From contig OZ251539.1 of assembly GCA_965243135.1 (NCBI GenBank), positions 4,736,001-4,800,000 on the forward strand: a stretch of DNA of 64,000 nt, written 5' to 3'. The number at the start of each line of letters is the position of its first letter. Position 1 is the first letter of the stretch. Under the pieces are notes generated by a model. It ran no database searches and was not told the DNA's origin. It saw only the letters and a program-made list of their open reading frames with translations. This stretch comes from Alphaproteobacteria bacterium (lineage in GTDB: Bacteria > Pseudomonadota > Alphaproteobacteria > MPNO01 > UBA830). Position numbers and translations under genes: made by a program. Shown here piece after piece: positions 60,347 through 64,000 of the stretch.

Positions 60347-60943
60347 TCAGGCCGCAGCCCTGATCCCTTCGCTCTCGACGGCGTGCTCGAGCAGATCCCG
60401 CACGAACTCCGGCGCGCTCGTGTCCGCCTTTCCTTCCCACTCCCGGACAAGCAGGCGAAGAAGCCGGGACGCCGGAGCGGGGATCTCCGCCTTTTCGGCT
60501 TCCCAGCGGCGAACCTGCTGATCCGAATAACCGAGCAGATCCGCAAGGCCTTTCTGGGACAGTTCCATGCGTTTTCGCAAGAACCTTATCTCGGGCCCGC
60601 TCCAATAGCTTTTCCGGGCAACGATCCAGTTCGCGATCGCGGCGTCGAGCCCATCCAAGTCTCTGATCGAGATTCCGGGACCATAAGACGTTTCATGATG
60701 TTCCACGCCGTTTTCGAGCCACACGTTGTCGAGGCCGGATTCGGTATAGTGGTGCCAATTCTTGCGCTCTGCCTCTTCGGGGTTGGTCAACGGCTGTACG
60801 ATCCATTCGTTCATTGCGTGTCTCCCTGGGGATCGCCTCTGGAGGGGGTGGAATACTTCGAGAACCTGCGATGTTTCAGGTCGCACGAGGAACTTGCGAG
60901 GCTCTCTGCCGTATCCTCCTAGAGGTCGTTCGAACGAATTCAT
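60347..60943 (-). CDS. XRE-family HTH antitoxin-like regulator
   Basis: HYTESGLDNVWLENG and GPEIRFLRKRMELSQKGLADLLG..QQVRRWE. ATG 60943 overlaps the upstream stop; alternative start 60814. Confidence 0.85.
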   Translation of the reverse strand: MNSFERPLGGYGREPRKFLVRPETSQVLEVFHPLQRRSPGRHAMNEWIVQPLTNPEEAERKNWHHYTESGLDNVWLENGVEHHETSYGPGISIRDLDGLDAAIANWIVARKSYWSGPEIRFLRKRMELSQKGLADLLGYSDQQVRRWEAEKAEIPAPASRLLRLLVREWEGKADTSAPEFVRDLLEHAVESEGIRAAA

Positions 60944-61278
60944 TTTTCTCCTTTCAGTTCCCACGCAGTGATGACTACAAGCTTTTTTTCCGCGGGCGCG
61001 GCAACCGCAACGCAGAGTCCGCGTCCTCCGAGCGTCGACGAGATATTCCCTCGCCATTCGCCCGGGTCGTGACCGCGGTCGGGTTCGTCCGCGCATCGTC
61101 CATGACGCAGCACTCGGATCGCCTCATCCAGCGTGATTGAGCGTTGGTTCAGCCTTTCGCGAGCGTGGTCCGTGAAAATCACGTTCTCGGTATCCACGGC
61201 CCGCCCGTGGACCGTTGGCTCGAACCATGCGGCCGAGTGCAAAACGCTGACATTGGAGTTGTTCATGCTCGACAACAT
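60940..61278 (-). CDS. DUF4258-family (RelE-like) putative toxin
   Basis: VIFTDHARERLNQRSIT..E...VLRHG, GEWRG, LVVITAW. Confidence 0.82.
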   Translation of the reverse strand: MLSSMNNSNVSVLHSAAWFEPTVHGRAVDTENVIFTDHARERLNQRSITLDEAIRVLRHGRCADEPDRGHDPGEWRGNISSTLGGRGLCVAVAAPAEKKLVVITAWELKGEK

Positions 61279-61836
61279 ATCAATTTGATAGCTTCCGCGC
61301 AAGAGCAATCTCCATAAATTTTTCGGCGGCGCTCGCTCGGGCGCACGCCGAAGAAGACGGCCCTCCCGGAGACTCTTGCGTTGCTCATAACGCCTTGAAA
61401 TACATGGATATTTCTGGGGAGAGGATTTTTCTTTGCCCCGATTCGAGCACGGAAAACTGCGGATTTTCCACACTCGGAACGCCGTTTTCGCAGATTCCGC
61501 CCCAAGCCGCTCCGCGACCGCGCGTCCGTGCGCAGCCCGAGATTGCCGCACGACGCCAGCCGAACGCGGACGGCGCGGGCGTCACCTCGCATTTCTTGCA
61601 CGCCCGCTGCCCGGAGCGTCGCCGTCGTAGCTCGGCAATCAGCCCCGCGCCGGCGCGACGCCTCGCCCCTCTCCCGAAAATCTCCGCGCGAACGGCCCCC
61701 CGTCATCCGGCAGTCGACGCGCGAGGAACGAGCGGCTCCGTTCACGAGCCATCGCCCTCCCGCAGGAGCGGCAGGCCGAACCCGCGTCGCGTTCTTTCGC
61801 GGAGGCGGCCGTCGAAACGTCCGGACGGGAAGCCGT

Positions 61837-63359
61837 TCAGGCGGTCTCGCAATCGAACCCGACGACGTTGCGCTCCTCGCGGCTGAACTCCACCCCGATC
61901 AGGTGGACCGAACGTCCGAGACGGCGGTACTTGTCCGCATAGCCCTTCTCCCGCAACTGCGCGAGCGCGGTCCCCTCCCGTCCGCGCTCCACCACCTTGA
62001 ACTCGAACAGGTAGACGCGCCCGTCGGCGCGGACCGCCATGTCGGCGCGCCCCCGGCTGCCGCTGTCCTCCGCGACCGGCTCGACCCCCTCCATCAGGAA
62101 GCAGTTGTGGATGACGCTCGCGTAGCGGGCCTCGTACACCGGGCTGTTCATGTACCACTGGTGCGGGATGGCAGCGAAAATGCCGCGGAACAGGGTTTCG
62201 AGACGCTTGAAGTCGTTCGCCGCCAGCAGCTCGCCCAGCCGCAGGTTCTCCGTCTCCTCGCGGGCCTCGCGGGAGCAGTTCTTCCAGCAGGGCCTCGCCC
62301 AGGCTTTGGCGCACCTCGAGGTTCGGGTAGTCCAGCCTGTAGCGCCCCTCCTCCTCGCCGGCGATGGTGAGGTAGCCGGTCTGGAACAGAAGCGCCTCGA
62401 CCGAGACCCTGTCCACGTCGAAGGTCGAGAGCAGGCTCTCGCTGCCGATCATGCCGTCCAGGCGGGGAGTGGGCAGGTTGCGGCGCGCCAGCGTCTCGAC
62501 CAGGAAGGTCGGCGTGCCGCTCTCGAACCAGTACGGGCGGAACTCGCGCCGCCGAAACAGCAGCAGGAGGCCGAACGGATTGTAGAGTTTCTCCGGCCCG
62601 CGCCAGTTGTAGCCGTTGTACCAGCGCCGGATCTCGTCCCGGTCCAGGCCCTCCAGTTCCGGGGCGAAGACCGCGTCCAGCTCCGCGTCCGTGCAGCCGC
62701 AGATGTCCGAGAACTCCGGCTCCAGCGTGACGCAGGTTGTTCAGGCCCGAGAACAGGCCCGATAACTTGCTCACCCCCGTCAGGAAAACGAAACGGAGAT
62801 GCCTGTCGCGCTCCTTGATCGCCCCGTACAGGCTGCGCAGAAAGTTGCGGTTGGCCAGCGCCAGCTCCCGGTCGCCGAGCGCGTCCAGGATCGGCTTGTC
62901 GTACTCGTCCACCAGAACGACCGTCCGCTGCCCGGTGCGCTCGTGCAGCGTCCTTATCAGGCGCCGGAAACGGACCGCCGCCCCGGCGGGACCCGGTTCG
63001 AGACCGGCCTGCATCTCCGTCTCTTCCAGCTGCGCTTCCACGGTTTCCCGAACCCCGTCCGGACCGTCGAAGCGGCCCACGCCGCTGAAATCCAGCCGCA
63101 CGACCGGGTGGCGCGCCGACCAGTCCCACCTGCCGTGCACGGCGAGGCCCCGGAACAACTCCTCGCTTCCTTCGAACAGCTCCTGCAGCGTGTCCACCAG
63201 CAGGGTCTTGCCGAACCGGCGCGGACGCGACAGAAAATAATATTGACCACCCTCGACAAGGCGGCGGACATGGTCCGTCTTGTCGACGTAGTAGCAGTCC
63301 ATCTCTCCCCGGATTTTCCGGAGGGAGGTCAAGCCGATCGGAAGCATGCGTTTCGCCAT
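61837..63359 (-). pseudogene. AAA-ATPase/PD-(D/E)XK paralogue with two frameshifts
   Basis: Same motifs as 5714-7240 across three frames. 5-nt gap near 62731 (versus the 5714 copy); 2-nt gap near 62270 and 6-nt gap near 62138 (versus the 63511 copy). Confidence 0.88.
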
Positions 63360-63510
63360 TCGAAGAGGGTAGGCCGCCGCGCCGGAGCCGTCAAGAAGTC
63401 GGCGGCGGCGGGCCCGTCAAGCCGCGCGACGAACCGGCGGAACCGGCTGCCGCCGCAGGCCGAACCGCGGGCGGCGTTCTTTCGCGGCGGCGGCCGTGTC
63501 AGGAAGCCGT

Positions 63511-64000
63511 TCAGGCGGCCTCGCAATCGAACCCGACGACGTTGCGCTCCTCGCGGCTGAACTCCACCCCGATCAGGTGGACCGAACGTCCGAGACGGCG
63601 GTACTTGTCCGCGTAGCCCTTCTCCCGCAACTGCGCGAGCGCGGTCCCCTCCCGCCCGCGCTCCACCACCTTGAACTCGAACAGGTAGACGCGCCCGTCG
63701 GCGCGTATCGCCATGTCGGCGCGCCCCCGGCTGCCGCTGTCCTCGGCCACCGGCTCGAGGCCCTCCATCAAGAAGCAGCTGTGGATGACGCTCGCGTAGT
63801 GGGCCTCGTACTTCGCGACCGGGCTGTTCATGTACCACTGGTGCGGGATGGCGGCGAAAATGCCGCGGAACAGGGTTTCGAGACGCTTGAAGTCGTTCGC
63901 CGCCAGCAATTCGCCCAGCCGCAGGTTCTCCGTCTCCTCGCGGGCCTCGGCCGGGAGCAGTTCTTCCAGCAGGGCCTCGCCCAGGCTCTGGCGCACCTCG
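63511..64000 (-). CDS. AAA-ATPase/PD-(D/E)XK paralogue, 3' part (runs off the window)
   Basis: Near-identical to 61837-62320; GRADMA..VYLFEFKV, YADKY. Confidence 0.88.
   Translation of the reverse strand, partial: EVRQSLGEALLEELLPAEAREETENLRLGELLAANDFKRLETLFRGIFAAIPHQWYMNSPVAKYEAHYASVIHSCFLMEGLEPVAEDSGSRGRADMAIRADGRVYLFEFKVVERGREGTALAQLREKGYADKYRRLGRSVHLIGVEFSREERNVVGFDCEAA

Noticed and set aside
1-64000. CRISPR array, rRNA or tRNA genes
   Set aside because: No regularly spaced short repeats with unique spacers and no recognisable structural RNA signatures were seen. A covariance-model scan was not possible.

Overview
GC-rich bacterial chromosome segment. Gene content (SecB, TRAP DctP, CobW/CobN, CbtBA) fits an alphaproteobacterium. 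The many small-deletion pseudogenes, toxin-antitoxin (TA) modules and AAA-PD-(D/E)XK paralogues suggest a host-associated lineage, but that is inference. The backbone comprises housekeeping and redox genes (nth, secB, msrA, GST), a Mn/Zn/Fe ABC transporter with two MntR-like boxes, an lva-like 4-hydroxyacyl-CoA catabolic operon containing a haloalkane dehalogenase, a large cobalamin cluster (about 24.5-55.7 kb) and a cyclase/HisD-paralogue/cupin/SDR unit. Four accessory inserts interrupt or adjoin the cob cluster. (i) A 2.5-kb composite element bounded by two inverted MITEs with a 9-bp target duplication splits an ArsC/YffB-family gene. (ii) A Phd-VapC pair. (iii) HigBA followed by a lower-GC four-gene membrane operon (4TM coiled-coil protein, VWA-like protein, ZorA/MotA-like protein, ZorB/MotB-OmpA-like protein). 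It does not match the Zorya types I know and is the best candidate for an undescribed system. (iv) An AbrB-PIN module bracketed by a duplication of the cobM 3' end. No CRISPR array, rRNA, tRNA or cobalamin riboswitch was recognised. All family assignments come from recognising motifs by eye; no database search was run.
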